Both the position numbers and the translations under genes were made by a program. DNA of 64,000 nucleotides from a virus (Duplodnaviria; Caudoviricetes). The notes under the pieces are model-generated. The model was not told the origin of the DNA, ran no database searches, and worked only from the letters and a program-made list of their open reading frames with translations. Shown in pieces: positions 20,161 to 28,847 of this stretch (positions are counted from its first letter, which is position 1; each line of letters starts with the position of its first letter). The stretch lies in the IMG/VR virus record IMGVR_UViG_3300010882_000012, one strand, 5' to 3'.

Positions 20161-21432
20161 TTAACGCTCTATAATTTCAACGATATAACGAATTGTTGAC
20201 TGTTCTGTAGAATAAACCATAAACTCATTATTACGAATTGAAGTGCCGGCATGAGCATAAACACTATCAAAACCTTCACGATCAAGTTGTTTTTTATTTA
20301 AATCATAACAAGCCGATGTATGATTATAGATATGTTTTTGATTGCCCACATGAACATCATAGATTGCTAAGAAAGCTTTTTTGCTACAACCCTTTGCCCA
20401 ATAAGAACCAGAAAGAGAAGTATATCCAATAGATTTTTGTGCTTTATCTGCAAAATAAACAGAATTTCCATACATTGCACCTGTAATTATTACACCCGCC
20501 GGACGTATTAAAAGTCCGGTTTGCAAGATGTTCATCCAATTTTCATTTCTGCTACCATGCCAAAACAGTTCGCATTTTTGGTTTTTGGCTTTTGCAACAT
20601 AGCTCTTAAAGTTTCCTTCTGTTTTTTTGTTTACCACAGAAAAAGCTCTTTTGTACTGACCGGAATTGTTTCCCATCATTTTCTTAATGAGTTCTGCTTC
20701 TTTAGAAGACACTTCTTTAACTTCTAGTCCAAGTACCTCAAGCATGTCCATAGTGCTCTTAGAATTGCCCGTTTGCGTCCTGGTGGCTTCTTTTTGTTTC
20801 TTTATTGCTTCAACCTGACCCGCCATAACGTCCAAAAGTTTTTGTTCATCATCTAGCATTCGTTGTAATGATGAGGTAGAGTATCCGCTTTCTACAAGAT
20901 GGTTTTTTACGTGAGCCATTTTTCTCGGTACTGTTCGATACAATTTCAACAAACAATCATTAATAGTTGTTGAAGTACTTTGATTTCTTAAATGACCAAC
21001 CAAGTTGTCAAGGATTTTTTGAGCCTCATCAACTTGTGCTTGTGTAACATCTTCTTGAGTTACAGAATAGTTTTCTTTAATGGTTTTGTTTGCATATGCT
21101 TGGAGTTCGTCAATGAGTTGACGCACCATAGCATTCTGGATGGCGGTTACTTGTGCTCCGGTTGTAGCATCTTTGATATCGGCCTCAATCTTTTCAGTAT
21201 AGAGGTGTGTGATATCATTGTAACCTTTTTTGGTTTTTTCACGATACTTTTTATCCCAATCCGACATAGGATAAGAGTGCTCTATGGAGGTAGATTCTAT
21301 CCTGCCATAAACCACTTTAAAATTTCCATCGTTCTGCTCGAACATATGGTAAAACTTGTTGTTATTGTCCCCTGTAACACAAACCAGTTTTTTAACTTGT
21401 TTGCCTGGTACCGAGTAATCTGATATTTTCAT
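20161..21432 (-). CDS. poly(ADP-ribose) polymerase (WGR + regulatory + catalytic domains)
   Basis: NNNKFY..YGR; LYRTVP; WHGS, MYGNSVYFAD..KSIGY, NEFMVY (H-Y-E triad). Confidence 0.9.
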   Translation of the reverse strand: MKISDYSVPGKQVKKLVCVTGDNNNKFYHMFEQNDGNFKVVYGRIESTSIEHSYPMSDWDKKYREKTKKGYNDITHLYTEKIEADIKDATTGAQVTAIQNAMVRQLIDELQAYANKTIKENYSVTQEDVTQAQVDEAQKILDNLVGHLRNQSTSTTINDCLLKLYRTVPRKMAHVKNHLVESGYSTSSLQRMLDDEQKLLDVMAGQVEAIKKQKEATRTQTGNSKSTMDMLEVLGLEVKEVSSKEAELIKKMMGNNSGQYKRAFSVVNKKTEGNFKSYVAKAKNQKCELFWHGSRNENWMNILQTGLLIRPAGVIITGAMYGNSVYFADKAQKSIGYTSLSGSYWAKGCSKKAFLAIYDVHVGNQKHIYNHTSACYDLNKKQLDREGFDSVYAHAGTSIRNNEFMVYSTEQSTIRYIVEIIER

Positions 21433-21455
21433 ATGATATTGAATTTTGATAGTAC

Positions 21456-21512
21456 AAAAATACCGCTTTTTTCTTTACGATGAGAACCTAGATGGAAAAA
21501 GATACTAACAAT
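21456..21512 (-). promoter_or_regulatory. Class-1 promoter (one mismatch) for PARP unit
   Basis: ATTGTTAGTATCTTTTT plus TATTTTTG box. Confidence 0.75.
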
Positions 21513-21532
21513 TTCATGATAAGGTTTAAACT

Positions 21533-21560
21533 AAAAAAGTCCTTGATTACTCAAAGACTC
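21533..21560 (-). terminator. intrinsic terminator
   Basis: AGTCTTTGA-GTAA-TCAAGGACT-TTTTT. Confidence 0.8.
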
Positions 21561-21621
21561 TTTTAGACGTTCAAAAATCATTATTCACAAAATCTTGATA
21601 AATGAAAAAATCAAAAATTGT
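21533..21621 (-). ncRNA. candidate ~85-nt U-rich sRNA
   Basis: Own class-1 promoter and terminator; at most a 16-codon ORF. Confidence 0.6.
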
Positions 21622-21626
21622 ACTAC

Positions 21627-21683
21627 AAAAATATTGTAATTCTAGATATGAAAGTTTAGTTACATGAAAAAGTTACTAACAAT
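21627..21683 (-). promoter_or_regulatory. Class-1 promoter
   Basis: Motif plus box at fixed spacing. Confidence 0.8.
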
Positions 21684-21690
21684 CTGTTTA

Positions 21691-21723
21691 AAAAGAAAAA
21701 CGCCCATAGATTCTTTCTGGGCG
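21691..21723 (-). terminator. intrinsic terminator
   Basis: CGCCCAGA...TCTATGGGCG-TTTTTCTTTT. Confidence 0.75.
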
Positions 21724-22068
21724 CTTCTCGTCAGATTTTTGGGCGAAGGTTCTGTAACACCTTTTCTGGCAGCCTAATGGACCTAGTTGAAATCAATTGT
21801 TTTCTGTCCCGGCAGCATGCCCCATAAACCAAGATTCATTTCATGTTCAGGTTCTTGGTCGACCTGATTGCCGGCAAGGTGTTTTCGCTTTCGCTACGGA
21901 TTACCTTCGGTGCCGGCAGGCATTCTAAAGACCTGACTCGCGATTCCCGAACGGTTCGCATTATAGCGGCGGGCTCGAGGAGGTCTGGTTTTTCCGAGTT
22001 GACGTTAGGATTCCGCGCGGAGATTCCTGGTTTCTGATCAGCCTACCAGGTAGTGTCAATCGGATGAG
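21691..22068 (-). ncRNA. candidate ~375-nt GC-rich structured ncRNA (RNA1)
   Basis: Own promoter and terminator, no minus-strand ORF in track, many nested stems, pseudoknot. Confidence 0.75.
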
Positions 22069-22073
22069 ATTGT

Positions 22074-22129
22074 AAAAATACTAAAAATATCAATGCGAAA
22101 ATTTAAAAAGAGAAAAAGTTACTAACAAT
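22074..22129 (-). promoter_or_regulatory. Class-1 promoter (spacing 1 nt shorter)
   Basis: Motif 22113-22129. Confidence 0.75.
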
Positions 22130-22152
22130 TTAAACAATTTTTGATGAGGTTT

Positions 22153-22190
22153 AAAAAAGAAAAGAGTCCTTAGATTACTCTAGGACTCTC
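22153..22190 (-). terminator. intrinsic terminator
   Basis: GAGTCCTAGA-GTAA-TCTAAGGACTC-TTTTCTTTTTT. Confidence 0.85.
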
Positions 22191-22415
22191 TTCACCACCC
22201 AAATTGCTATTTGATTCCCCAATAGGTTGCAACCCTCCCAAGATTTCGGCATAGGTTCTTGGTTGACCGTCTTCTAGGTTGCTGGCGGTAATACGCTTTA
22301 AAAGCTTCCGCATCTTGCATTAACCTAATCGTGATTTTTCACCCCGACCACACTATTTGGTTGTTTTCAGCCCGGTTGTGAACCTCCTCGATTACTCGTT
22401 CGAGTCGACAATAGA
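22153..22415 (-). ncRNA. candidate ~260-nt structured RNA in 3' UTR (RNA2)
   Basis: Shares GGUYRACCAAGAACCU...AAUCUUGG with RNA1; nested stems. Confidence 0.65.
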
Positions 22416-22417
22416 TA

Positions 22418-23245
22418 TTAAAACATGTCTGCTTTTAAAATACGGATACGAACATCCGGATAAGGAACTCCAGTATAACGAGAATAAGCAGCTTTTGCTT
22501 GATTTTTTGTCATTACAGCATCATAATAACGCTCTTCCTCATCCGGGAATTTAACAGGATGTCCAAAACAAACATAATCTCCTTTTTCAGGATATGTAAT
22601 ACCTGCATCCTTATCATCAGTATCATCAATATCATCTTCAAGACGATATTGAGAATTTGCAAGCGCGCAAGGTTCATCATCAACTGTTGAAAAAAGCTCT
22701 GGATGGAATTCTTCAAGTTCTTCTAACGTAATTTCACCATAATGGATATTGGCTAAGTACTTTTTCAAATTTTCGCGGGTACCGGTCAAATTTGCGGAGG
22801 TGTTTCCAGTTACTTCAATTTCCAAATTGTAGTTTTGCAACACCTCTAAGGCCTCATCAAGTTCTTCTTCATCACATACCCAATCAACATCAACAATGAA
22901 TTGGTCATTAAGTCCGTAAAGGTCTGTAACCATTGCATTTACGGCTTGGTCATGTGCATGATCTTCATCATTCATTGCATTCAAAATGGTAAGCGCACGG
23001 AGATCATCCATAGCTTGTGCATCACAAAGAGATTTGAAGTAAATCCGGTAGTCTCCATTGTGTCTCCAGTCTATAACACCCTCATTTTTGAGGTCTTGCA
23101 TGAAAGTTGAAACAATTTGCTGCGTTGCCCAAAAATCGTTGGCGCGTAATTCGTTTTTAACTTCTAAAGTTGTGGTTTCTCCGTTCAATTCGATTAGAGT
23201 TTGTGCAACCACTTGCACATCATTTTTTGTAGTTGTCTTTTTCAT
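22418..23245 (-). CDS. acidic hypothetical protein with possible N-terminal winged helix
   Basis: TTTLEVKNELR...TQQIVS; Asp/Glu-rich. Confidence 0.8.
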   Translation of the reverse strand: MKKTTTKNDVQVVAQTLIELNGETTTLEVKNELRANDFWATQQIVSTFMQDLKNEGVIDWRHNGDYRIYFKSLCDAQAMDDLRALTILNAMNDEDHAHDQAVNAMVTDLYGLNDQFIVDVDWVCDEEELDEALEVLQNYNLEIEVTGNTSANLTGTRENLKKYLANIHYGEITLEELEEFHPELFSTVDDEPCALANSQYRLEDDIDDTDDKDAGITYPEKGDYVCFGHPVKFPDEEERYYDAVMTKNQAKAAYSRYTGVPYPDVRIRILKADMF

Positions 23246-23291
23246 AGCTAACTTTTTAAATGGTTTTTAATTTTGGTTAATTATTTTGAGA

Positions 23292-23738
23292 TTATCCAAG
23301 CGGACAACCTTCTTTTCTGTAACAAGGGAATGTAGGACATCCGCCAATCATTTTTTCAGGTTCACGACAATACGCATCTTGTGGAAGCAAAGTTACACGA
23401 TCATTGTGGAATCGGTAGTAATCCGGATTTCTCTTGATATTATCAAGGTCAAAATACCACATTTTTGCAGGATTTCCATCTGTTCCTATCCAACCTTGAA
23501 AATCGGGGTGAATTTCAAAAATTTCAGTAGGGATGTAGTGCTTAAGCAACTCTTCATCCATAGAATCGGAATAACAATAAAGACCTTTTCTAACAGGTCC
23601 TTCTGACTCAGTACCCGCGAAAGTTCTCATATTACTGCCCATTTCGATGTCTCGGTCTACGTCAATAAAGTAAAAACCGCCCTCACCATTATGGTGCTGA
23701 AAGAAGATGTCTAAAAATTTAATTTCAAGTGATGTCAT
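23292..23738 (-). CDS. hypothetical protein
   Basis: First gene after promoter. Confidence 0.75.
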   Translation of the reverse strand: MTSLEIKFLDIFFQHHNGEGGFYFIDVDRDIEMGSNMRTFAGTESEGPVRKGLYCYSDSMDEELLKHYIPTEIFEIHPDFQGWIGTDGNPAKMWYFDLDNIKRNPDYYRFHNDRVTLLPQDAYCREPEKMIGGCPTFPCYRKEGCPLG

Positions 23739-23760
23739 GCTAATTGAATTTTGATACTGT

Positions 23761-23817
23761 AAAAATACTGCTTTTTTCTTTATAATGAGGCCCTAGATAG
23801 AAAAAGTTACTAACAAT
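23761..23817 (-). promoter_or_regulatory. Class-1 promoter
   Basis: Motif plus box. Confidence 0.8.
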
Positions 23818-24035
23818 TTAACTATTATGGTAAAGAAACAAAAATAGTCCATGTGTTATCCTCTAAATAGAGAATTTTTTGTTCTACTTTCACAATATTA
23901 TTAATAGCCGGTATTTTCAAACCATCTCCTTTATTAAGATATAGTAAACCTTGATTGTTTGATGTTACTATTAATCCGTCAGAAAGTACAGATGCAACAT
24001 TTTAATTGAAATATTGTGTTCCATATCAGTAAATT

Positions 24036-24299
24036 TTAATCGTTACGTTGAAAAACTATTGGAAATTCGTCAAAAACTCCGTCAATGAAGTAATTATTGG
24101 TTAAATCGTAAATTCCTCTCGGAAAGTACCGTAAATCTGGTAATTCATTGTATTCGAATCCCCATTTATCATTGAAAATCTCAAACATACGACGTCTTGG
24201 ATCTTCATCTGTTATTTTTACAAGGAGGTCAACATCAAAAGTTATATCATTGTGTCGATGTACGTGATGACCACAAAAACTAAAATAGGATGTTTTCAT
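24036..24299 (-). CDS. hypothetical protein
   Basis: Tiled ORF. Confidence 0.7.
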   Translation of the reverse strand: MKTSYFSFCGHHVHRHNDITFDVDLLVKITDEDPRRRMFEIFNDKWGFEYNELPDLRYFPRGIYDLTNNYFIDGVFDEFPIVFQRND

Positions 24300-24304
24300 A
24301 ATTC

Positions 24305-24673
24305 TTAAGATTGATGAGGTGAATTCACGTCTGCATTTTTCAAAAAGAGTTCCATAGCTTTCTTTTTACTGATATTGTCCGGAATTTTAAATCCGTTAGG
24401 ACATGTAACACCTACAACATTAGCTCCTCTAAATCTTTCTTCTACTGATTTTTGGTTTTTCATTTGTTTTTCCATCTTTTTCATCCATCCGGAAGTTCCT
24501 TTACGAATAGCTTTTTGCATGGGGCTCATTTTACGATATTTTAACCATTTTGGTACGAAATTGGCTGCCAGATACATTACTATAATAATGATACCAGCCC
24601 ACATTTCGAAAATTGCAAAAATGATAATGGTCAAAACCGCTAAAATTGCAAGGATAATTGATAATCTGTTCAT
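24305..24673 (-). CDS. membrane-anchored protein
   Basis: Two N-terminal TM helices. Confidence 0.7.
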   Translation of the reverse strand: MNRLSIILAILAVLTIIIFAIFEMWAGIIIIVMYLAANFVPKWLKYRKMSPMQKAIRKGTSGWMKKMEKQMKNQKSVEERFRGANVVGVTCPNGFKIPDNISKKKAMELFLKNADVNSPHQS

Positions 24674-24703
24674 GTTTTTAAATTTTGATTGGTTAATTTT
24701 TGA

Positions 24704-24940
24704 TTAAAAGTAGGATACAAAAGCATTATGTTGGATATCTTCTGCTTCTAGTCTTTCCATTCTGCGTAAACCTGCATCTATCATACGATCTTTTTCTTGT
24801 TCATAAAGATGATCTGCAATATCAGCAAGGGCATCATTTGTCAGCTCTTCAAACTGACAATTTTCTTCATCTTGATTGCATCTGTCAGCAAATGGACAGT
24901 CAAAACAAGAATCGGGGGTGAAAATTTCATCCGGATCCAT
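24704..24940 (-). CDS. small Cys/acidic protein
   Basis: CFDCPFADRC. Confidence 0.7.
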   Translation of the reverse strand: MDPDEIFTPDSCFDCPFADRCNQDEENCQFEELTNDALADIADHLYEQEKDRMIDAGLRRMERLEAEDIQHNAFVSYF

Positions 24941-24942
24941 AA

Positions 24943-25176
24943 TTAGTTGAATTTTTGATGTTTAACAATTTCTCTAAGTACCGGAATATCCTTGGTATAG
25001 ACCGGAAGAACTGTTGCACAAGAGATTTGACGTTTTTCTATCTGAGCTTTTGCTTGCTCTTCATTAGGATACAAAGTTTCCAAATCTATCTTACCTGATA
25101 GATGGTCTAAAATTGCATACCATTTTTGTCTACCGGATTTATCCGATTGTTTTTCGTTGATGTAAGTTAAAGCCAT
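24943..25176 (-). CDS. hypothetical protein
   Basis: Tiled ORF. Confidence 0.7.
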   Translation of the reverse strand: MALTYINEKQSDKSGRQKWYAILDHLSGKIDLETLYPNEEQAKAQIEKRQISCATVLPVYTKDIPVLREIVKHQKFN

Positions 25177-25226
25177 ATGATTTTGATTATTTTTAATTAC
25201 TTTTTTAAGGAACGGAATAGTAGTTT

Positions 25227-25613
25227 CTAATCCCTACCTTCTACCACTTCAAACTTGGTCTGAAAATTACCTTCATATGTGATGTTTACCAAGGTAGAAT
25301 TCTCTATGCAATGGTTGTAGAGTTTACGTTTTTTTGACATTTGGATAGACTCAAAAAAATAGCGACCATCATTGATTCTAGTTACTACAAAAATTTCCCC
25401 ATTATGGTTGTGCACAAAAAAGTGTCCTCTAGCACCCTTTAAATTAACAACTCGATTTCCATCGAGGTCAATACGGAAATAATAATTAGACGGAACTTGT
25501 GGTTCTATTGCTTTAAGAGATCCACAAAATTGTACAAAACCTCCTCCATCTTTATTTGGTCTTCCTTGAATTTCAGTGAACATAGCACCTTGTGCGATAA
25601 AGGTCTTTTTCAT
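25227..25613 (-). CDS. hypothetical protein
   Basis: Tiled ORF. Confidence 0.75.
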   Translation of the reverse strand: MKKTFIAQGAMFTEIQGRPNKDGGGFVQFCGSLKAIEPQVPSNYYFRIDLDGNRVVNLKGARGHFFVHNHNGEIFVVTRINDGRYFFESIQMSKKRKLYNHCIENSTLVNITYEGNFQTKFEVVEGRD

Positions 25614-25624
25614 AGTTTTAAATT

Positions 25625-25999
25625 TTAAAGTGAGTCTAACTTAGTTTGTGATTTGATTCCACCCGATTTGGTTACACTTGTATCATATGTTACTTTCACA
25701 CCTAAAAACGGAACAGCATACACTATACGAATGATGTTCTGGTTACGTGGTGCTTTTACAAATTCCATATCAAGAAGTTCGATAGCATACTCATCACCCT
25801 TAGGCATTTCGAGTTTACGGAAGTTTGTGCTGATTTTAAATTTTTTAAATTTCCAAGATTCCTCAAGGTCAGGAGTGGAGCTATAAGTAAGTTCCATCCA
25901 CGTGTTGGCTAATCTCCACTCTAATTGATTGTGAACTGCTTTCTCTATCTTCGAGAAGATGGGATTTCCCCATATTGCATTTAATTGTCCTGTTGTCAT
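25625..25999 (-). CDS. hypothetical protein
   Basis: First gene after promoter. Confidence 0.75.
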   Translation of the reverse strand: MTTGQLNAIWGNPIFSKIEKAVHNQLEWRLANTWMELTYSSTPDLEESWKFKKFKISTNFRKLEMPKGDEYAIELLDMEFVKAPRNQNIIRIVYAVPFLGVKVTYDTSVTKSGGIKSQTKLDSL

Positions 26000-26032
26000 A
26001 TCTGATAAATTTGAATTTTGATTTGATAGTGT

Positions 26033-26089
26033 AAAAATACAGAAAAAATCAATACGATGAGGTCCTAGATAGAAAAAGTTACTAACAAT
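26033..26089 (-). promoter_or_regulatory. Class-1 promoter
   Basis: Motif plus box. Confidence 0.8.
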
Positions 26090-26101
26090 CTGTTTAAAAT
26101 T

Positions 26102-26146
26102 AAAACATCCTCAGTCAAGAGGATGTTTAAACATCCTCAGTCAAGA
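26102..26146 (-). terminator. hairpin terminator with 18-bp direct duplication
   Basis: AAACATCCTC-N6-GAGGATGTTT; repeat 26103-26120 and 26129-26146. Confidence 0.6.
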
Positions 26147-26318
26147 AGATGAGTAGGCATTAATTGGATATTGTTAAAGTGACCGACAAGCGTGAGTATT
26201 AAACATCCTTTAGGATTTCCATTAAGTTTGTGAAAATTTCAAAACACTAAACCTTGTAACCGTCTCAATCCACCGGTAAGCCCATACTACCGTCAAAATA
26301 CGTTGAAATTATTACTAT
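26102..26318 (-). ncRNA. candidate ~200-nt ncRNA
   Basis: Class-2 motif upstream, hairpin downstream, only very short ORFs. Confidence 0.4.
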
Positions 26319-26320
26319 AC

Positions 26321-26346
26321 TAGTATGCGAAGGTTACAAAAAGTTT
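26321..26346 (-). promoter_or_regulatory. Class-2 motif AAACTTTTT-N11-ATAnTA
   Basis: One of four fixed-spacing intergenic copies. Confidence 0.5.
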
Positions 26347-26355
26347 CAGTTTTTT

Positions 26356-26384
26356 AAAAAGAAAAAGCTCTCATTTAAGAGAGC
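26356..26384 (-). terminator. intrinsic terminator
   Basis: GCTCTC-N6-GAGAGC-TTTTTCTTTTT. Confidence 0.75.
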
Positions 26385-26443
26385 CATACTTTTGCAACCA
26401 GTGGTGCTAAATCATTATTTCTGTGAACTTAGTGCAAAAGCTA

Positions 26444-26797
26444 TTAGTATGTTGCAAAAATTACTTCTGCATCAATGAGTACCAAATTGGTACCTGTGCA
26501 TTGTTTTGCCATTTTTACCATTTCATTTTCAAACTTATCCCATATTTTACTTGAAACACCGTCTCTTAAAAGAGGAAATCCCCAAGTGTATACTTCTCTT
26601 CCTTCTCTATTATTAATGAGAATTTGTCCTGAATCTGTATCTCCATCATCTGCATCTCTTCCTAATTCTTTTGATGATACATTAAGTTGGTATGCTACTG
26701 AAATAGCTCCTATGTTTGGATTGTCAAAAATTCCAAGTGTAAAACCTTCACTGTCCATAACAGATGGAAAATTGCTTAGATTAACTTTCTTTGTCAT
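26444..26797 (-). CDS. hypothetical protein
   Basis: Between class-3 motif and terminator. Confidence 0.75.
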   Translation of the reverse strand: MTKKVNLSNFPSVMDSEGFTLGIFDNPNIGAISVAYQLNVSSKELGRDADDGDTDSGQILINNREGREVYTWGFPLLRDGVSSKIWDKFENEMVKMAKQCTGTNLVLIDAEVIFATY

Positions 26798-26814
26798 ATA
26801 ATATACTCTTTTTT

Positions 26815-26828
26815 ACTATCTATTCCAG
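26815..26828 (-). promoter_or_regulatory. Class-3 (late-like) promoter CTGGAATAGATAGT
   Basis: Exact 14-bp match to 63626-63639. Confidence 0.55.
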
Positions 26829-26832
26829 AATT

Positions 26833-27222
26833 TTAATCAATTATTCCTTCGTCATTCAAATCATTAAGTAGTAAACCAAGATATTGGTCTCCTACTTTAA
26901 AATCATTAAGATTAGCTAATCCATATGCTTTGTACGTATGATCTATGAACCAAACATTACATTCAAAAATTGCCAATAATTCAAGTTCAGAAATTTTATC
27001 TGCATGTGTATTACCGATATAGTTGATAGACAATTTTTTCTCTTTTGCATACTTCTTAATTGTATTGGCCTCTGAAATTGAACGATCTTGAATTATCATA
27101 GGAGATAATGGTTGCATAGTTCCGCTATAAGGCCACGGCAAACCTTGCATTAAATGATCAACAATGGCTTTGTCTCCTATTGTATCATCTACTTCTAATT
27201 TGACTAAAATTGTTCTTTTCAT
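26833..27222 (-). CDS. hypothetical protein
   Basis: Tiled ORF. Confidence 0.75.
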   Translation of the reverse strand: MKRTILVKLEVDDTIGDKAIVDHLMQGLPWPYSGTMQPLSPMIIQDRSISEANTIKKYAKEKKLSINYIGNTHADKISELELLAIFECNVWFIDHTYKAYGLANLNDFKVGDQYLGLLLNDLNDEGIID

Positions 27223-27232
27223 GTTGGTATTA

Positions 27233-27736
27233 TTAACATTGATTTAAAATTTCTTCTTTTACTTGTTCAAATCTCTCCCATATTCTCTCCGCGTACCAAG
27301 TATGCTTATTGTGCAATCGGATTGCCTTATTAAGGTCCTTTTCTGGATTTCTGTGGTTTTGTACTATATCAAACATTTCTCTTGATTTCGTGATATCAAA
27401 AGCATCTTCATGTTTGTACTTCTCTTTTCCTAAGATTCGATTCACTTCCTTAACATAGATAGGTGTGATTTGAATTATTCCCCAATCTTTGTCCTTTCCT
27501 TTTAGTTTAGGATCATTTGCATAGTCCTTTTCTTGTTCATTAACACCCAAAATGGTTTTAGTCTCTACCCAACAAATGGTCTCATAAAGTAGCTCCCATT
27601 CTTGTTCTTTTGTGAGTTCTTTTTGCATAACTATTACCTCCTCGACGACAGGCTCTTCTTGATGAGGTTCTTCTATAGAAGAAATCAGTAATCCGGTAAA
27701 AACTGCTATTATTACATGATTGATGATATTTTTCAT
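27233..27736 (-). CDS. lysozyme-like/lytic transglycosylase with N-terminal membrane anchor
   Basis: ICWVET (catalytic Glu), GIIQITPIYVKEVNRI, AIRLHN. Confidence 0.75.
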   Translation of the reverse strand: MKNIINHVIIAVFTGLLISSIEEPHQEEPVVEEVIVMQKELTKEQEWELLYETICWVETKTILGVNEQEKDYANDPKLKGKDKDWGIIQITPIYVKEVNRILGKEKYKHEDAFDITKSREMFDIVQNHRNPEKDLNKAIRLHNKHTWYAERIWERFEQVKEEILNQC

Positions 27737-27757
27737 TACTTGAATTTTTGATACTGT

Positions 27758-27814
27758 AAAAATACGAAAAATAGGGACACAAAAGTCCCTATGTAGTCAA
27801 AAGTTACTAACAAT
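27758..27814 (-). promoter_or_regulatory. Class-1 promoter
   Basis: Motif plus box. Confidence 0.78.
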
Positions 27815-27821
27815 TTGAGTA

Positions 27822-28478
27822 TTAAGCTTTTCTATCTTCGGAGATTCTGTTGAGATAAAAGCTAATCATTTCATAGACAGGTTGAAGTTCTTTCGGAATA
27901 TCACCCTTTGTATGCTCTCTATCTACTAAGAGACGTAAAGCCTCTAAATGATAATTGATGAGGTTGAGACAATCATAGGATTGTTGCCCACGCGTAAACA
28001 TGCTGGTAAGATGTGCCATTTCTTGATATTGACCAAGTTCATCTATGATTTCAGCATAACGTGCATCTCCGGTTTTGTTTGAAAACGGATTTTCATGTCT
28101 CCACTCATCAAGCTTCTTTTTAGCTTTTTCGATTTCAGGCGTAACATCAGAACCGGGTGAACCTGATTTATCAGTAACTAAGATAATCTCCGGTTGTTTA
28201 GGATCCGGTTTAATTAAACGGCATTCGTAATAATGATTTGCACACAAATTCCAATGGATAAGTCCATCTTCTGTTTGCCAACATCCACCCGATTGATAGC
28301 GAAATGATTGATCGTTAAAGTGTGATAAATCAGCTTTGTGCCAATCTGATCTTTGGTAATCTACACTTGCATCAAAAGCATAATCATCGGTGTAGATTCC
28401 ATTGCATCTGATTTCAATATTACCGACATGGATTTGCTTTTTCAGCCAATCTCTTCTAATTGTTTTGATTTTTGTCAT
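27822..28478 (-). CDS. hypothetical protein
   Basis: YTDDYAFDA motif. Confidence 0.8.
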   Translation of the reverse strand: MTKIKTIRRDWLKKQIHVGNIEIRCNGIYTDDYAFDASVDYQRSDWHKADLSHFNDQSFRYQSGGCWQTEDGLIHWNLCANHYYECRLIKPDPKQPEIILVTDKSGSPGSDVTPEIEKAKKKLDEWRHENPFSNKTGDARYAEIIDELGQYQEMAHLTSMFTRGQQSYDCLNLINYHLEALRLLVDREHTKGDIPKELQPVYEMISFYLNRISEDRKA

Positions 28479-28496
28479 GATATTTTGAATTTTTGA

Positions 28497-28847
28497 TTAG
28501 TCTTCTACGATTTGAAAATTTTCATCTTCTAAAATTCCAAGGTTAATAGCCTCAGCTTTTGAAAGTAAGGTGCATATCATAATACCTTTAGACCATTCTG
28601 TAGTACCATAAAATTTGCAACCTTTACAACCGCCTTCACCACAATCTTCCGGACAATCGGTATGTTCTGAAGAGTAAAAGTCTTCAAACGCTAATAGCCT
28701 ATGATTTCCATCCGGCTCATTTAAAATTAAGTAATCTTCTTGTACTTCGAGTACAATACCCTCATAGACCTTACCATTAGGAAGATTGTTTGATCCTCTC
28801 ATGATGATTTTGATCCGGTCCTTAGGTTCAATTGGTACATTTTGCAT
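28497..28847 (-). CDS. hypothetical protein
   Basis: Start corrected to MQNVP. Confidence 0.75.
   Translation of the reverse strand: MQNVPIEPKDRIKIIMRGSNNLPNGKVYEGIVLEVQEDYLILNEPDGNHRLLAFEDFYSSEHTDCPEDCGEGGCKGCKFYGTTEWSKGIMICTLLSKAEAINLGILEDENFQIVED

Noticed and set aside
21705-21740. Hammerhead core CUGACGA...GAAA at RNA1 3' end
   Set aside because: No stem II closing pair or stem III; overlaps the terminator
26254-26339. Long stem TTGTAACC/GGTTACAA as part of an ncRNA
   Set aside because: One arm lies inside the class-2 promoter motif and would probably not be transcribed
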